Counted from the first letter of the stretch, positions 1-13,662 are shown. The stretch is 64,000 nucleotides of DNA from Escherichia coli (GCF_003334355.1 NZ_QOWP01000013.1); one strand, 5' to 3'. The notes: generated by a model not told the origin, from the letters alone. Numbers and translations are program-made.

Positions 1-156
1 CTGACGCGGTGTTTTAACCGTTTCCTTGATTGGGGTTGCAGAAACAACCTGAGCGTATTGCGGGCCACGTTCAAACACGTTCAGACTGGCCACTGCCGCT
101 ACGCCCAGCGCAGCTGCGACACCAATCCCGATACCCGCCAACATTGATTTATTCAC
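1..156 (-). CDS. ycfJ: YcfJ family protein, N-terminal 52 codons (gene runs off window start)
   Basis: Minus-strand frame open to position 1; GTG start at 154-156 preceded by AAGGAGG SD (161-167); translation VNKSMLAGIGIGVAAALGVAAVASLNVFERGPQYAQVV... matches YcfJ; absent from ORF track because truncated. Confidence 0.8.
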   Translation of the reverse strand, partial: MNKSMLAGIGIGVAAALGVAAVASLNVFERGPQYAQVVSATPIKETVKTPRQ

Positions 157-382
157 GGGAACACCTCCTTCTTTGCAGTTATGCCAATCATGCAAGCGAA
201 GGAGAAAAGCAGCTATCAGACAGAAGATGAAAAGCGCGGGAATGGCTGGAAATACTTAATGATTCGGAGGAGTCTGAAGGAATGCCTGATGCGACGCTTA
301 ACGCGTCTTATCAGGCCTACCGCTCGTACCATTTGTCCAGGGCGGATGAGGCGTTTATGCCACATCCGCCAGTGTACGTCGA

Positions 383-1687
383 TTAATGCAACTTCAAACG
401 CGGACGGATAACGCGGTTAATACTCCCCACCAGCATCATTAATCCGGTTTTAAAGTAACCATGCAGCGCAATCTGATGCATTCGGTATAGCGAGATATAT
501 ACAAAGCGCGCAATTCGTCCTTCAATCATCATTGAGCCGCGCGTCAGGTTACCCATCAGGCTACCAACGGTGGAGAAGTTCGACAGCGATACCAGTGAAC
601 CATGATCTTTATACTGATAATTTTTCAGCGGCTTACCGTTTATCTGCGCCAGAATATTGTTCATTGCGCAGGTCGCCATCTGGTGTGCAGCCTGAGCACG
701 CGGCGGAACAAAGCCCCCTTCCGGACGCGGGCATGACGCGCAGTCGCCAATAGCGTAAATGTCTGGATCGCGGGTGGTTTGCAGCGTCGGTTCCACCACC
801 AGCTGGTTGATACGGTTAGTTTCAAGACCACCGATATCTTTCAGGAAGTCTGGCGCTTTGATCCCGGCTGCCCATACCATCAGATCCGCCTCAATATATT
901 CGCCATCTTTAGTGTGCAGGCCGCCTTCATCAGCACTGGTGACCATGGTTTGCGTCAGCACGCGAACGCCAAGTTTCGTTAGCTCGTTGTGGGCCGCAGC
1001 AGAGATACGTGGCGGTAACGCAGGCAAAATACGTTCTCCCGCTTCTACCAGCGTTACGTTCAGGGCTTCGTTGGTCAGGCCTTTGTAACCGTAGCTGTGC
1101 AGTTGCTTGACCGCGTTGTGCAATTCAGCGGAGAGTTCTACACCCGTCGCGCCGCCGCCGACAATCGCAATGTTCACTTTGCCATTCGCGCCCAGGTTGG
1201 CGGAGTATTTCAGGAACAGATTCAGCATCTCCTGGTGGAAGCGACGCGCCTGGTGCGGGTTATCGAGGAAAATGCAGTTCTCTTTGACACCTGGTGTATT
1301 GAAATCGTTAGAGGTGCTACCCAGCGCCATTACCAGTGTGTCATAGGCGATTTTACGTTCCGGAACCAGCAGTTCACCTTTCTCGTCGCGCAGTTCTGCA
1401 ATAGTGATTGTTTTCGCTTCACGATCAATATCAATGACGGAACCCAGCTGGAACTGGAAACCATGATTGCGCGCATGGGCCAGATAGCTCAACGCATCGA
1501 CGCCTTCATCAAGCGAGCCAGTCGCCACTTCGTGCAGCAGCGGTTTCCACAGGTGGCTGTGGTTACGATCGACCAGCGTAATTTTGGCTTTTTTCTTGCG
1601 TCCCAGCTTATGCCCCAGCTGTGTTGCCATTTCCAGCCCACCAGCACCGCCGCCGACAATCACAATTTTTTTCAATGGCGTAGTCAA
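383..1687 (-). CDS. ndh: NADH:quinone oxidoreductase II (NDH-2), 434 aa
   Basis: ORF 383..1714; Rossmann GGGAGG motifs; trimmed to TTG start giving [17 protein letters not shown], with AGGGGG SD upstream. Confidence 0.9.
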   Translation of the reverse strand: MTTPLKKIVIVGGGAGGLEMATQLGHKLGRKKKAKITLVDRNHSHLWKPLLHEVATGSLDEGVDALSYLAHARNHGFQFQLGSVIDIDREAKTITIAELRDEKGELLVPERKIAYDTLVMALGSTSNDFNTPGVKENCIFLDNPHQARRFHQEMLNLFLKYSANLGANGKVNIAIVGGGATGVELSAELHNAVKQLHSYGYKGLTNEALNVTLVEAGERILPALPPRISAAAHNELTKLGVRVLTQTMVTSADEGGLHTKDGEYIEADLMVWAAGIKAPDFLKDIGGLETNRINQLVVEPTLQTTRDPDIYAIGDCASCPRPEGGFVPPRAQAAHQMATCAMNNILAQINGKPLKNYQYKDHGSLVSLSNFSTVGSLMGNLTRGSMMIEGRIARFVYISLYRMHQIALHGYFKTGLMMLVGSINRVIRPRLKLH

Positions 1688-1957
1688 CGTGACCCCCTTA
1701 AATTTATTAACCAATTGTTAATTAATGGTTATTAACATAGCTCTTAATTAACAACAGGTTACAGCAATGAAAATGTTCTTCGCTATTGAGAATAACATGA
1801 ATGGTGCATTGGTCATACCAAAATTGATGTTAATCAAGTTTTGTTGCTGAAAAGATAGGCGACTTTACCGGGTGAGATCAAAAAACAGAGTTTATTGTTT
1901 ATTATTTGAGCGAATTTGTGAGAGTGATATAGAGTGAGGGGTGTATGCAGGGCGTTC
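1688..1957 (-). promoter_or_regulatory. ndh upstream promoter region (exact sites not resolved)
   Basis: Non-coding AT-rich region upstream of ndh start; ndh is known to have a complex regulated promoter; individual sites not identified here. Confidence 0.3.
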
Positions 1958-1960
1958 GGT

Positions 1961-2080
1961 AGGCCTGATAAGAGGCGCATCAGGCATTGATGCTCGACTG
2001 TCGGATGCGGCGTAAACGCCTTATCCGACTTACAGAATTCGGAGCGCATCAGGTACCGGCAAGGTTACCTGATGCGACGA
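1961..2080. repeat. REP (repetitive extragenic palindrome) cluster
   Basis: Tandem inverted copies of the REP consensus, e.g. tcggatgcggcgtaaacgccttatccgac and aggcctgataagaggcgcatcaggc, between ndh and ycfP. Confidence 0.7.
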
Positions 2081-2086
2081 GGGCAT

Positions 2087-2629
2087 TTACCCGAGGGTTT
2101 TGAACGCTTTAATGCGCTGCAAATGCGGGGAGATATTCTTGAATTTGTGCGTCTGCTCTTCGTCCCAGACAATCTCGTAATAATGATGCAACTCTTCAGA
2201 TGTCCGCTGGCTGTTAAGCGCTTCATCATTACGCGACAAAATCACCAGGCAACGATCGCGATTCTTCTCGCGGAAGTTGGTCACACACTTAGTGGCAATA
2301 TCGGCATACTCTTCCGGGCGATCAATCTTGCCTTCCATGTTCTCATAAGGGAACAAATTAGGGTTGAAGATCACCTGGCGGATATCGCAAAGAAAACCAA
2401 TCCGTTCCGCCCAGTATCCGCCCAGACCAACGCCGCAAATCAGCGGACGCTCGTCGACGTTCAGTTGCAACATTTTGTCCACTTCTTTGAGCAGATGCTG
2501 CATATCATGTTTCGGATGCCGCGTACTGTAGCTTATCAAGCGTACATCCGGGTCAATAAACTGCAATTGTAAGACTTTCTCGTGGTTACCCGGACTGTTA
2601 GAGTCAAAACCGTGTAAATAGATAATCAT
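2087..2629 (-). CDS. ycfP: UPF0227 esterase-like protein YcfP, 180 aa
   Basis: ORF 2087..2686 trimmed to ATG giving [18 protein letters not shown]; synteny downstream of nagZ. Confidence 0.85.
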
Positions 2630-2651
2630 CGCTTCCTCACATAAGCCAGGG

Positions 2652-4492
<1,841 letters not shown>

Positions 4493-4512
<20 letters not shown>

Positions 4513-5134
4513 CTTTACCTGACCAGATAATTTCGCCCGTCTGCACCAGCATCAGCTGCATTTGTAGGGTCGGAGCGTTAACGTTGCCAGAGGCGCTGGA
4601 GTACAGCACGTAATGAGCGCCGACATTGCGGGCAATGCCTATGGCTTTACTACGGGTGCCTAAACTGTCCTGCGGCGACAAACCTAACTGTTGCTTAGCC
4701 ATCGACAGCTGCTGGGCGGAAACCAGGGTAAATTTCCCGTTATTAGCCAGCGCATTTCGCAGCGTTTCGGTCGCTTCTGCGGCATTCAGCGAACCGTTAG
4801 TACGGTTGTTAACGCTATCAACCAGAAGGACGCTACCCGCAGTCACCCCGTCAGCCCCAAGCATCTTACTGACCATCGGCTGCATTGCGCCATTCCAGTC
4901 ATAATGGCGAATATGCGGTGCAGGCGGTGCAGTTTGATCTTCGTGCTCAATTGGGCCTGGCTGCTGCGGGATCGTCGGCACCGAGGGCACTGTGGGGACA
5001 GGCTGTTGTGGCTCGGCTGGTTGTTCCGGCGCTGGTTTCACTTCTTCTACCGGTGCAGGTTCACGTTGCCCCACACACCCGGCGAGAAACATCGCCAGCG
5101 CGGTAATCAAGGCGTAGCGACTCATTTTTGTCAT
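4493..5134 (-). CDS. lpoB: outer-membrane lipoprotein activator of PBP1B, 213 aa
   Basis: ORF 4493..5137 ([21 protein letters not shown]...); lipobox LAGC; second Met taken as start; Pro/Gln-rich linker. Confidence 0.9.
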
Positions 5135-5147
5135 CAAGATTCACCCC

Positions 5148-5525
5148 TTACAAATATAGATAAAGTCTGACTTTGTGCGCCCCCAGAAAATTGGCGCTGC
5201 CGTACAGCGTTACCGCCGAATGTGCGGGAATGGTAACGCTGCGTGGCCTTTCCAGAGGATGCATCTCCAGCCCTCTGGCGTCATACCAGTAAAAACGATA
5301 ATGAACGGTAATGGGTTCTTGCCTTTCGTTATAAAGCGTTGAGGATGCTGAAGGTTGAATATCAGACGTCGAAAGGACGGGCTTTTCTGCACTGATGCCC
5401 GCAGCCAATAAAGATGACTCCATCACCAGCGATTGCTCATCATTCACCGGAATTTCCGGATGTGAACGACAGCCCACCAGCAGTAACAACGCCAGAGACA
5501 CCAGCCCAAAGCATCCTTTTCTCAT
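5148..5525 (-). CDS. ycfL: lipoprotein YcfL, 125 aa
   Basis: ORF-track protein MRKGCFGLVSLALLLLVGC... with lipobox; synteny. Confidence 0.85.
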   Translation of the reverse strand: MRKGCFGLVSLALLLLVGCRSHPEIPVNDEQSLVMESSLLAAGISAEKPVLSTSDIQPSASSTLYNERQEPITVHYRFYWYDARGLEMHPLERPRSVTIPAHSAVTLYGSANFLGAHKVRLYLYL

Positions 5526-5527
5526 CG

Positions 5528-5887
5528 TTACAGACCTTTATGCGCCAGCATTGGTCCCAGCGGACGGCCACCCAACAAGTGCATATGGATGTGGTAAACC
5601 TCTTGTCCGCCATGGCGGTTGGTGTTCATGATCAGACGATAGCCATCTTCGGCAATACCTTCTTGCTCAGCAATTTTTGCCGCTACGGTGATCATGCGTC
5701 CCAGCGCCTGCTCATGCTCAGCTGACACGTCGTTCACAGTCGGTATGAGGATATTCGGAATGATCAGAATATGCGTTGGCGCTTGCGGCGAAATATCGCG
5801 AAACGCCGTTACCAGATCATCCTGGTAGACGATATCGGAGGGGATCTCACGACGAATAATTTTGCTGAATATAGTTTCTTCTGCCAC
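5528..5887 (-). CDS. hinT: purine nucleoside phosphoramidase (HIT family), 119 aa
   Basis: ORF 5528..5905 trimmed to GTG start giving [16 protein letters not shown]; HIT motif HIHMHLL; AAGGA SD upstream. Confidence 0.9.
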   Translation of the reverse strand: MAEETIFSKIIRREIPSDIVYQDDLVTAFRDISPQAPTHILIIPNILIPTVNDVSAEHEQALGRMITVAAKIAEQEGIAEDGYRLIMNTNRHGGQEVYHIHMHLLGGRPLGPMLAHKGL

Positions 5888-6103
5888 GACATTTTCCTTT
5901 TTCAAATAGCCATGCGTTGCGCCATGCTACGCCGCGCCACACTGCGAGTATAGAGTATGGTCGAGTTAAACCTGCTCTTTCAACCTTAACTCACGATTTC
6001 TTAAGCAAAAAATCGTTTTGCTGCCGTATATATCGCCATTATTCCCATTTCTGCCTGCGAATGCGCTGAAAAGACATTCTCTGTTTGGTTTACACGACAA
6101 ATA

Positions 6104-6133
6104 TGAATGCGTATATTTCTCATTTGCATTTAC
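6104..6133 (+). promoter_or_regulatory. putative Fur box / promoter of fhuE
   Basis: AT-rich hexamer-repeat-like sequence gaatgcgtatatttctcatttgcattt about 90 bp upstream of fhuE; fhuE is a known Fur-repressed gene; match to Fur consensus is only moderate. Confidence 0.3.
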
Positions 6134-6220
6134 AAACAAAATTATTCGCACACTAAATATAACCGCTCATCACCCTCCTCCGGCATGAGCCTGACGACAA
6201 CATAAACCAAGAGATTTCAA

Positions 6221-8410
6221 ATGCTTTCAACACAATTTAACAGGGATAATCAATATCAAGCCATCACCAAACCGTCACTACTTGCCGGTTGCATAGCACT
6301 GGCACTATTACCTTCTGCCGCTTTTGCTGCACCAGCCACTGAAGAAACGGTGATTGTTGAGGGTTCAGCCACAGCTCCAGATGATGGCGAAAATGATTAC
6401 AGCGTAACGTCTACCTCTGCGGGTACCAAAATGCAGATGACTCAACGTGATATTCCTCAGTCGGTCACTATTGTTAGCCAGCAGCGGATGGAAGATCAGC
6501 AGTTACAAACGCTGGGCGAAGTGATGGAAAACACGCTGGGGATCAGCAAAAGTCAGGCGGATTCCGATCGTGCTCTTTATTATTCCCGCGGATTCCAGAT
6601 CGATAACTATATGGTTGATGGTATCCCCACCTATTTTGAATCGCGCTGGAATCTGGGCGACGCACTTTCTGATATGGCACTCTTTGAACGCGTAGAAGTA
6701 GTGCGTGGCGCGACAGGACTCATGACCGGGACGGGTAATCCATCTGCGGCAATTAATATGGTTCGAAAACACGCGACCAGTCGTGAATTTAAAGGCGATG
6801 TCTCGGCGGAATACGGTAGCTGGAACAAAGAACGGTATGTGGCGGATTTACAAAGCCCACTCACCGAAGACGGTAAAATCCGCGCGCGAATTGTCGGCGG
6901 CTACCAGAATAACGACTCATGGCTGGACCGCTACAACAGTGAAAAGACCTTCTTCTCGGGCATTGTCGATGCTGATTTAGGCGATCTTACGACGCTTTCA
7001 GCCGGTTACGAATATCAGCGCATTGATGTTAATAGCCCTACCTGGGGCGGTTTACCGCGCTGGAATACTGATGGCAGCAGCAACAGTTACGATCGTGCAC
7101 GCAGTACCGCACCTGACTGGGCGTACAACGATAAAGAGATCAACAAGGTCTTTATGACCCTGAAGCAGCGGTTTGCTGATACCTGGCAAGCGACACTGAA
7201 TGCCACCCACTCTGAAGTCGAATTTGACAGCAAAATGATGTATGTCGATGCCTATGTAAACAAAGCGGATGGTATGCTGGTTGGGCCATACAGTAATTAT
7301 GGACCTGGCTTTGATTATGTCGGCGGCACCGGTTGGAACAGTGGCAAACGTAAAGTTGATGCGCTGGATTTGTTCGCTGACGGTATTTATGAATTGTTTG
7401 GTCGTCAGCACAATCTAATGTTTGGTGGCAGTTACAGCAAACAAAACAATCGTTACTTCAGTTCATGGGCCAACATCTTCCCGGATGAAATTGGCAGTTT
7501 CTACAACTTTAATGGCAATTTCCCACAAACCGACTGGTCACCACAGAGCCTGGCACAGGACGATACCACACATATGAAATCGTTATATGCTGCCACTCGA
7601 GTCACCCTTGCCGATCCGCTGCATCTGATCCTCGGCGCACGTTATACCAACTGGCGGGTTGATACGCTGACTTACAGCATGGAGAAAAACCACACCACGC
7701 CTTACGCTGGTCTGGTGTTTGACATCAATGACAACTGGTCGACCTACGCCAGCTATACCTCTATTTTCCAGCCGCAAAATGATCGTGACAGTTCAGGCAA
7801 ATATCTGGCTCCAATCACCGGTAACAACTACGAGCTGGGTCTGAAATCGGACTGGATGAATAGCCGTCTGACCACCACGTTAGCCATCTTCCGTATTGAG
7901 CAGGATAATGTCGCTCAGTCCACCGGTACACCTATCCCCGGCAGCAACGGCGAAACCGCCTATAAAGCGGTGGATGGGACAGTCAGTAAAGGGGTGGAAT
8001 TTGAACTCAACGGCGCAATTACCGACAACTGGCAGCTGACATTTGGCGCAACGCGCTATATTGCAGAGGATAACGAAGGAAACGCCGTTAATCCTAATCT
8101 GCCACGCACCACGGTTAAAATGTTCACCAGCTATCGGTTGCCTGTCATGCCAGAGTTGACAGTCGGCGGTGGTGTTAACTGGCAAAATCGCGTGTATACC
8201 GACACCGTGACACCGTATGGCACCTTCCGCGCCGAGCAAGGTAGCTACGCGCTGGTGGATCTCTTCACCCGCTACCAGGTGACGAAAAACTTCTCGTTAC
8301 AGGGGAACGTCAATAACCTGTTCGACAAAACCTACGATACCAACGTGGAAGGTTCTATCGTCTACGGCGCACCGCGTAATTTCAGCATTACCGGCACGTA
8401 TCAATTCTGA
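6221..8410 (+). CDS. fhuE: TonB-dependent outer-membrane receptor for coprogen/ferrioxamine/rhodotorulic acid, 729 aa
   Basis: ORF-track protein matches FhuE; signal peptide, plug and beta-barrel regions, C-terminal aromatic residue. Confidence 0.95.
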   Translation: MLSTQFNRDNQYQAITKPSLLAGCIALALLPSAAFAAPATEETVIVEGSATAPDDGENDYSVTSTSAGTKMQMTQRDIPQSVTIVSQQRMEDQQLQTLGEVMENTLGISKSQADSDRALYYSRGFQIDNYMVDGIPTYFESRWNLGDALSDMALFERVEVVRGATGLMTGTGNPSAAINMVRKHATSREFKGDVSAEYGSWNKERYVADLQSPLTEDGKIRARIVGGYQNNDSWLDRYNSEKTFFSGIVDADLGDLTTLSAGYEYQRIDVNSPTWGGLPRWNTDGSSNSYDRARSTAPDWAYNDKEINKVFMTLKQRFADTWQATLNATHSEVEFDSKMMYVDAYVNKADGMLVGPYSNYGPGFDYVGGTGWNSGKRKVDALDLFADGIYELFGRQHNLMFGGSYSKQNNRYFSSWANIFPDEIGSFYNFNGNFPQTDWSPQSLAQDDTTHMKSLYAATRVTLADPLHLILGARYTNWRVDTLTYSMEKNHTTPYAGLVFDINDNWSTYASYTSIFQPQNDRDSSGKYLAPITGNNYELGLKSDWMNSRLTTTLAIFRIEQDNVAQSTGTPIPGSNGETAYKAVDGTVSKGVEFELNGAITDNWQLTFGATRYIAEDNEGNAVNPNLPRTTVKMFTSYRLPVMPELTVGGGVNWQNRVYTDTVTPYGTFRAEQGSYALVDLFTRYQVTKNFSLQGNVNNLFDKTYDTNVEGSIVYGAPRNFSITGTYQF

Positions 8411-8420
8411 ATAACACCTG

Positions 8421-8447
8421 TAAAAAAGGCAGCCATCTGGCTGCCTT
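8421..8447. terminator. hairpin terminator shared by convergent fhuE and ptsG
   Basis: aaggcagcc-atct-ggctgcctt 9-bp stem; A-run on plus side gives U-tract on minus strand, so mainly a ptsG intrinsic terminator. Confidence 0.7.
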
Positions 8448-8469
8448 AGTCTCCCCAACGTCTTACAGA

Positions 8470-9903
8470 TTAGTGGTTACGGATGTACTCATCCATCTCG
8501 GTTTTCAGGTTGTCGGATTTAGTACCGAAAATCGCCTGAACACCAGAACCAGCAACCACTACGCCCGCTGCGCCCAGTTTCTTCAGGCCGGCCTGATCCA
8601 CTTTAGACACATCAGCAACGCTGACGCGCAGACGGGTAATACATGCGTCGAGGTTAGTAATGTTTTCTTTACCACCAAATGCAGCAACCAGAGCCGGTGC
8701 CATTTCGCTGGTACCTGTCGCTTTTGCATCTTCAGTCGCGTCTTCACGACCCGGCGTTTTCAGATCCAGTGCTTTAATCAGCACGCGGAAGATGGTGTAG
8801 TAAACAATCGCATAACCGATACCGACGATCGGGAACAGCCACAGTTTGCTGCTGTTACCAGACAGAACGATGAAGTCGATCAGACCGTGCGAGAACGACG
8901 TACCGTCACGCATCCCCAGAAGAATACAGATTGGGAATGCCAGGCCTGCCAGAATCGCGTGGATGATGTACAGGATCGGCGCAACGAACATGAAGGAGAA
9001 CTCGATCGGCTCGGTGATACCGGTCAGGAACGAGGTCAGCGCCGCGGAGATCATAATACCGCCCACTTTCGCGCGGTTTTCTGGTTTAGCAGAGTGCCAG
9101 ATAGCAATTGCGGCAGCTGGCAGACCGTACATTTTGAACAGGAAGCCACCAGACAGTTTACCCGCAGTCGGGTCACCCGCCATATAACGCGGAATGTCGC
9201 CGTGGAAAACCTGACCTGCTGCGTTGGTGTATTCACCAATCTGCATCTGGAAAGGTACGTTCCAGATGTGGTGCAGACCAAACGGTACCAGGCAACGTTC
9301 GATGAAACCGTAAATGCCAAACGCAACTACCGGGTTCTGGTAAGCAGCCCACTGAGAGAAGGTCTGGATTGCAGAACCAATCGGCGGCCAAATGAAGGAC
9401 AGCACAACGCCAGTAAAGATGGCAGCCAGGCCAGAAATGATCGGCACAAAGCGTTTACCGGCAAAGAAGCCAAGATACTCAGGCAGCTTAATACGGTAGA
9501 AACGGTTAAACATGTACGCTGCGATCGCACCGGAGATAATCCCTCCGAGTACGCCAGTATCCGCCAGGTGTTTAGAGGCGATTTCTTCAGCAGGTAAATG
9601 CAGTACCAGTGGCGCAACCACGGCCATGGTTTTAACCATGATGCCATAGGCAACAACTGCGGCCAGCGCGGATACGCCATCGTTATTGGTAAAGCCGAGG
9701 GCGACACCGATCGCAAAAATCAGTGGCATGTTTGCAAAGACGGAACCGCCTGCTTCTGCCATAACATGCGATACAACGGCGGGCAGCCAGCTGAAATTCG
9801 CGGAACCGACGCCCAGCAGAATACCTGCGATAGGCAGTACGGATACCGGCAGCATCAGCGATTTACCGACCTTTTGCAGGTTAGCAAATGCATTCTTAAA
9901 CAT
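8470..9903 (-). CDS. ptsG: PTS glucose-specific EIICB component, 477 aa
   Basis: ORF-track protein matches PtsG ([24 protein letters not shown]...). Confidence 0.95.
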
Positions 9904-9940
9904 AATTGAGAGTGCTCCTGAGTATGGGTGCTTTTTTTAC
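9904..9940 (-). promoter_or_regulatory. ptsG 5' UTR / RBS region (known SgrS sRNA pairing target)
   Basis: mRNA-sense sequence aaaaaagcacccatactcaggagcactctcaattATG immediately upstream of ptsG start; established SgrS-ptsG pairing region. Confidence 0.55.
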
Positions 9941-10197
9941 GTTCTCACGCGTGGCAAGGGGGGAGAGCCTCGCCGTGTACAGGGCATCTAAGCGCCCTTT
10001 ATTTATTACACAGAGTAAAATAATTCAGTGCCAATTTGTTTGACGACTATCACGTTTCAACTTCAGATCATTGGAGAAGTTGCACATTTTGACAAAACAT
10101 ATGTCACAATATTTCAAACGTGGTTATTCACCGCCAAATTTTCGGCGGTGAACTTTACTCGTTTTAGCCATTAATTACGAGCTTTAAAAAAACTCAT

Positions 10198-10995
10198 TCA
10201 ACGGATGGATTGAAGGCGGGAAGCGTCGATGTGAAACAGACGGGCGAAGTTATCGGTGGTTACCTGCGCCAGTTCTTCAACGGCAACACCTTTCAACACA
10301 GCCATGTATTCTGCAACGTCACGAACCATCGCAGGTTGATTCTCTTTTCCTCGATGCGGTACCGGCGCAAGGTAAGGTGAGTCAGTTTCCACCAGTAACC
10401 GATCCAGGGGGACATAACGCGCAGCATCGCGCAGTTGCTCCGCATTACGGAAGGTCACAATGCCGGAAAAGGAGATGTAAAATCCGAGATCCAGTAATTT
10501 GCCCGCCGTTTCTCTGTCCTCTGTAAAACAGTGTAGTACGCCACCGCAATCCGTCACTTTTTCTTCGCGCAGAATTGCCAGCGTATCGGCGCGGGCGTCA
10601 CGGGTATGGACGATAACCGGCTTGTTCAGTTCACGACCAATCTGGATATGATGGATGAAGGACTCTTGCTGACGAACTTTAGTTTCCGGTGTGTAATAAT
10701 AATCCAGCCCGGTTTCTCCCAGCGCTACAACACCCTCTTCTGCCGCCAGACGGCGTAAATCTTCTACATCGTAGGGATCATTCTGGTTGAGTGGATGCAC
10801 GCCACAAGAAAATACGACGTTGTCACGTTCGCCTACCAGCTCCCGCATATGTAAATAACCCGGTAATGTTGTGGCGACTGCCAGACAAAATTTCACATCG
10901 CGTGCGGCGGCTTTCGCCAGAACGTCATCCACGTCCTTATGCAAAGATTCATAATCCAGACCATCGAGATGGCAGTGTGAGTCGACTAAAAACAT
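10198..10995 (-). CDS. ycfH: TatD-family metal-dependent DNase YcfH, 265 aa
   Basis: ORF 10198..11055 trimmed to ATG giving MFLVDSHCHLD (TatD signature). Confidence 0.9.
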   Translation of the reverse strand: MFLVDSHCHLDGLDYESLHKDVDDVLAKAAARDVKFCLAVATTLPGYLHMRELVGERDNVVFSCGVHPLNQNDPYDVEDLRRLAAEEGVVALGETGLDYYYTPETKVRQQESFIHHIQIGRELNKPVIVHTRDARADTLAILREEKVTDCGGVLHCFTEDRETAGKLLDLGFYISFSGIVTFRNAEQLRDAARYVPLDRLLVETDSPYLAPVPHRGKENQPAMVRDVAEYMAVLKGVAVEELAQVTTDNFARLFHIDASRLQSIR

Positions 10996-11005
10996 GATGT
11001 CTCTC

Positions 11006-12010
11006 TTAAAGATGAGGAACCGGTAGCACAACGCCCGGTTGCAGGTAATGCTCAATACGCAGTAAAAGATCGGTGATGAGAAGCTCGCGGTTGATGCCTG
11101 TGACAGACATTAACTGTTCACGAATGTGGCAAACATCCCCCAGTATAGCCTGCAGGCGCGAGGGAGAAAGATGGTTTGCCAGTTCGGCGACCAGGCCCGG
11201 CACATCAACATTGGTCACCTGCGCAGCGCCATGATGGCGTTTTAGCGCATCCATCAGCAACGTTGCCAGCCAGTGTAAACGCGCCGGAGCTTGTTCATGA
11301 TTAAGGGCCGCCAGCAGCGAATACCAGTCGCCCGATGGTACGCTATATGCCAACGCCTGACACAATGTTTCACGAGCCTGCCAGTTATCTCCCTGAAACA
11401 ACGCCAGTGCCGCGCCAGGCGAACCGGCGCTTAAGCGCAATGCGGCAAGTAATGCATCCTGTGACATTGTCACTTCGCGTGAAAGCCAGGTCACGGCGTA
11501 CTGTTCCGGCGGCGGCGCAAGGTAATGTAATCGACAACGACTACGTAATGTTGCCAGTAAACGTTCAGGCTCGCGGGTAGCCAGGAAAAACCAGGTTTCT
11601 GCTGGTGGCTCTTCAAGCGTTTTCAGCAATGCGTTAGCCGCGGCGTCGGTTAGTAAGGCAGCATCGGTTACCCAGACAACTTTCGCACCACCTAAGCGTG
11701 CGTGCTCATTCAGCTTTTCGGTGACCTCACGTACCGCATCAATGCCCAACGCATTTTTCCCTTTTTCGGGAGCCAGGGTGTAGTAATCGGGATGCGTGCC
11801 AGCCTGCATCAACTGACATCCACGACAGTGACCGCAACTTTTGTGACCCTGCGGTTGTTGGCAGAGTAAATAACGGCTCAGGGCGTAGATTAAAGCATCA
11901 TCGCCCATGCCCGGTAACGCCTGAATGAGCAGCGCATGGTGACCTCTTCCGGCCTGATAGCTGGCTACCAGTTTTTCGAAATCAGGTCGTAACCATGGAT
12001 ACCATCTCAT
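11006..12010 (-). CDS. holB: DNA polymerase III delta-prime subunit, 334 aa
   Basis: ORF-track protein matches HolB; start overlaps tmk stop (ATGA). Confidence 0.95.
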
Positions 12011-12648
12011 GCGTCCAACTCCTTCACCCAGTGGGTCACGGTAGTGCGGATTGCATCCATCACGGCCTCCAGCGGCTGGGTGGCATCAATGGTATGAATG
12101 CTTTTATCTTGTGCTGCCAGTTCCAGATAGCGGGCGCGGGTGCGATTAAAGAAATCGAAAGACTCTTGCTCAATACGATCCAGCTCGCCGCGCGCACGCG
12201 CGCGTTTTAAGCCAACTTCCGGGGTAACATCGAGATAGAGCGTTAAGTCGGGGCGAAAATCACCGAGAACAGCATCACGCAGTGTTGCCAGCATATGTTG
12301 GTCAATACCACGTCCGCCGCCCTGATACGCCTGAGTGGAGAGATCGTGGCGATCGCCAATCACCCAGGTGCCGTTAGCCAGCGCAGGTTTGATGACTGTT
12401 TCTACCAGTTGAACGCGCGCGGCATAAAACATCAGAACTTCGGCTTTATCGGTAATGACTTCATCGCCTACCGATTTGATATCCAGCACCAGGCTTCTTA
12501 ACTTTTCGGCAAGTTGCGTACCGCCAGGTTCCCGAGTGAAAACCATGTCGCGGATACCCAGTTGCTCGAGCGTCTCAACCACCACATTACGCGCGGTAGT
12601 TTTGCCTGCGCCTTCCAGCCCCTCAATGACGATATACTTACTGCGCAT
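12007..12648 (-). CDS. tmk: thymidylate kinase, 213 aa
   Basis: ORF-track protein [18 protein letters not shown] (P-loop). Confidence 0.95.
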
Positions 12649-13660
12649 TTTTTTCCTTAAGCACTTTCAGATAATCCTGCACAGACTTGTTATGACTGGC
12701 AAGATTGGTATTAAACGTGTGACCACCTTTACCATCGGCCACAAAATAGAGATACGGCGTTTTTGCCGGATGCGCAGCAGCCTTCAGCGAATCCGCCCCC
12801 GGCGTAGCTATCGCACCCGGCGGCAAACCGGTAATGGTATAGGTGTTATACGCTGTCGGCGTTTCCAGGTCTGCACGAGAAAGTTTGCCATTATAACGCT
12901 CTCCCATCCCGTAAATCACGGTTGGGTCGGTCTGCAAGCGCATACCAATGCGTAAACGGTTGATAAATACCGAGGCAACCTGATCGCGTTCACTGGCAAC
13001 GGCGGTTTCTTTTTCGATAATTGATGCCATCGTCACCAGCTGATTTTTATCTTTATAAGGCAGACCGTCCGCACGCCCTTCCCAGGCGCTATCGACCGCT
13101 TTCACCATTTTCTTGTGCGCTCGCTTGAGTAACGCGACATCGGTGGTATTGGCGGTATACATCCAGGTGTCTGGCCAGAACCAACCTTCAATCCACTCCG
13201 GGTTTTCCAGTTCAAGTGCCTGCGCTACGGTGGCGTACTTATCGTCACTCAGCGTGTGCTTGATATACGGAGCCTCACGCAATTGCTTGAGGTAGTCGCT
13301 CAGACGCATCCCTTCTACCAGTCGCAGCGGGAACTGTGCTTCTTTACCGCTTTCCAACAATTTCAGCATCTCGCGCACGGTCATCTGCGGTGTAAAGCGG
13401 TAAGTCCCGGCTTTAAAGTGAGAAAGATCCGGTTCGATACGCAGCAGCCATTGAAAAACCCGTGGGCGATTGATGATCTTATCAGCATAAAGCTGTTCAC
13501 CGAGCGCCAGACGTCCGGTCCCTGGCTTCAGGGTAAATATCGTCTCTTCTTTGATAAGCAATTTGCTGTCGGCAAGATGGCGAACCTTCCAGACGCCCAC
13601 ACCAGCGGCGATACCCAGTACCACCAGCAATAACAAGATTATCAATAACACTTTTTTCAT
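12638..13660 (-). CDS. mltG: endolytic murein transglycosylase (YceG), 340 aa
   Basis: ORF-track protein matches MltG/YceG; N-terminal TM helix; overlaps tmk start by 11 nt. Confidence 0.95.
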
Positions 13661-13662
13661 GA

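Noticed and set aside
1097-1735. 212-aa plus-strand ORF
   Set aside because: Antisense within ndh; no SD and no recognisable domain
1834-2049. 71-aa minus-strand ORF in the ndh-ycfP intergenic region
   Set aside because: Reading frame runs through REP palindromes (translation contains the typical REP-encoded RLIRPTA-like peptide); spurious
1961-2080. Possible CRISPR array suggested by repeated palindromes (also at 21768-21845, 33089-33150, 54259-54357)
   Set aside because: Repeats are REP/BIME palindromes in alternating orientation without regular unique spacers; no cas genes in the window
5966-6151. 61-aa minus-strand ORF between hinT and fhuE
   Set aside because: Overlaps the fhuE promoter/Fur-box region; AT-rich, no SD
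8473-9597. 374-aa plus-strand ORF
   Set aside because: Entirely antisense to ptsG; Arg/Thr-rich nonsense composition, no SD, no domain; artifact of ptsG codon bias
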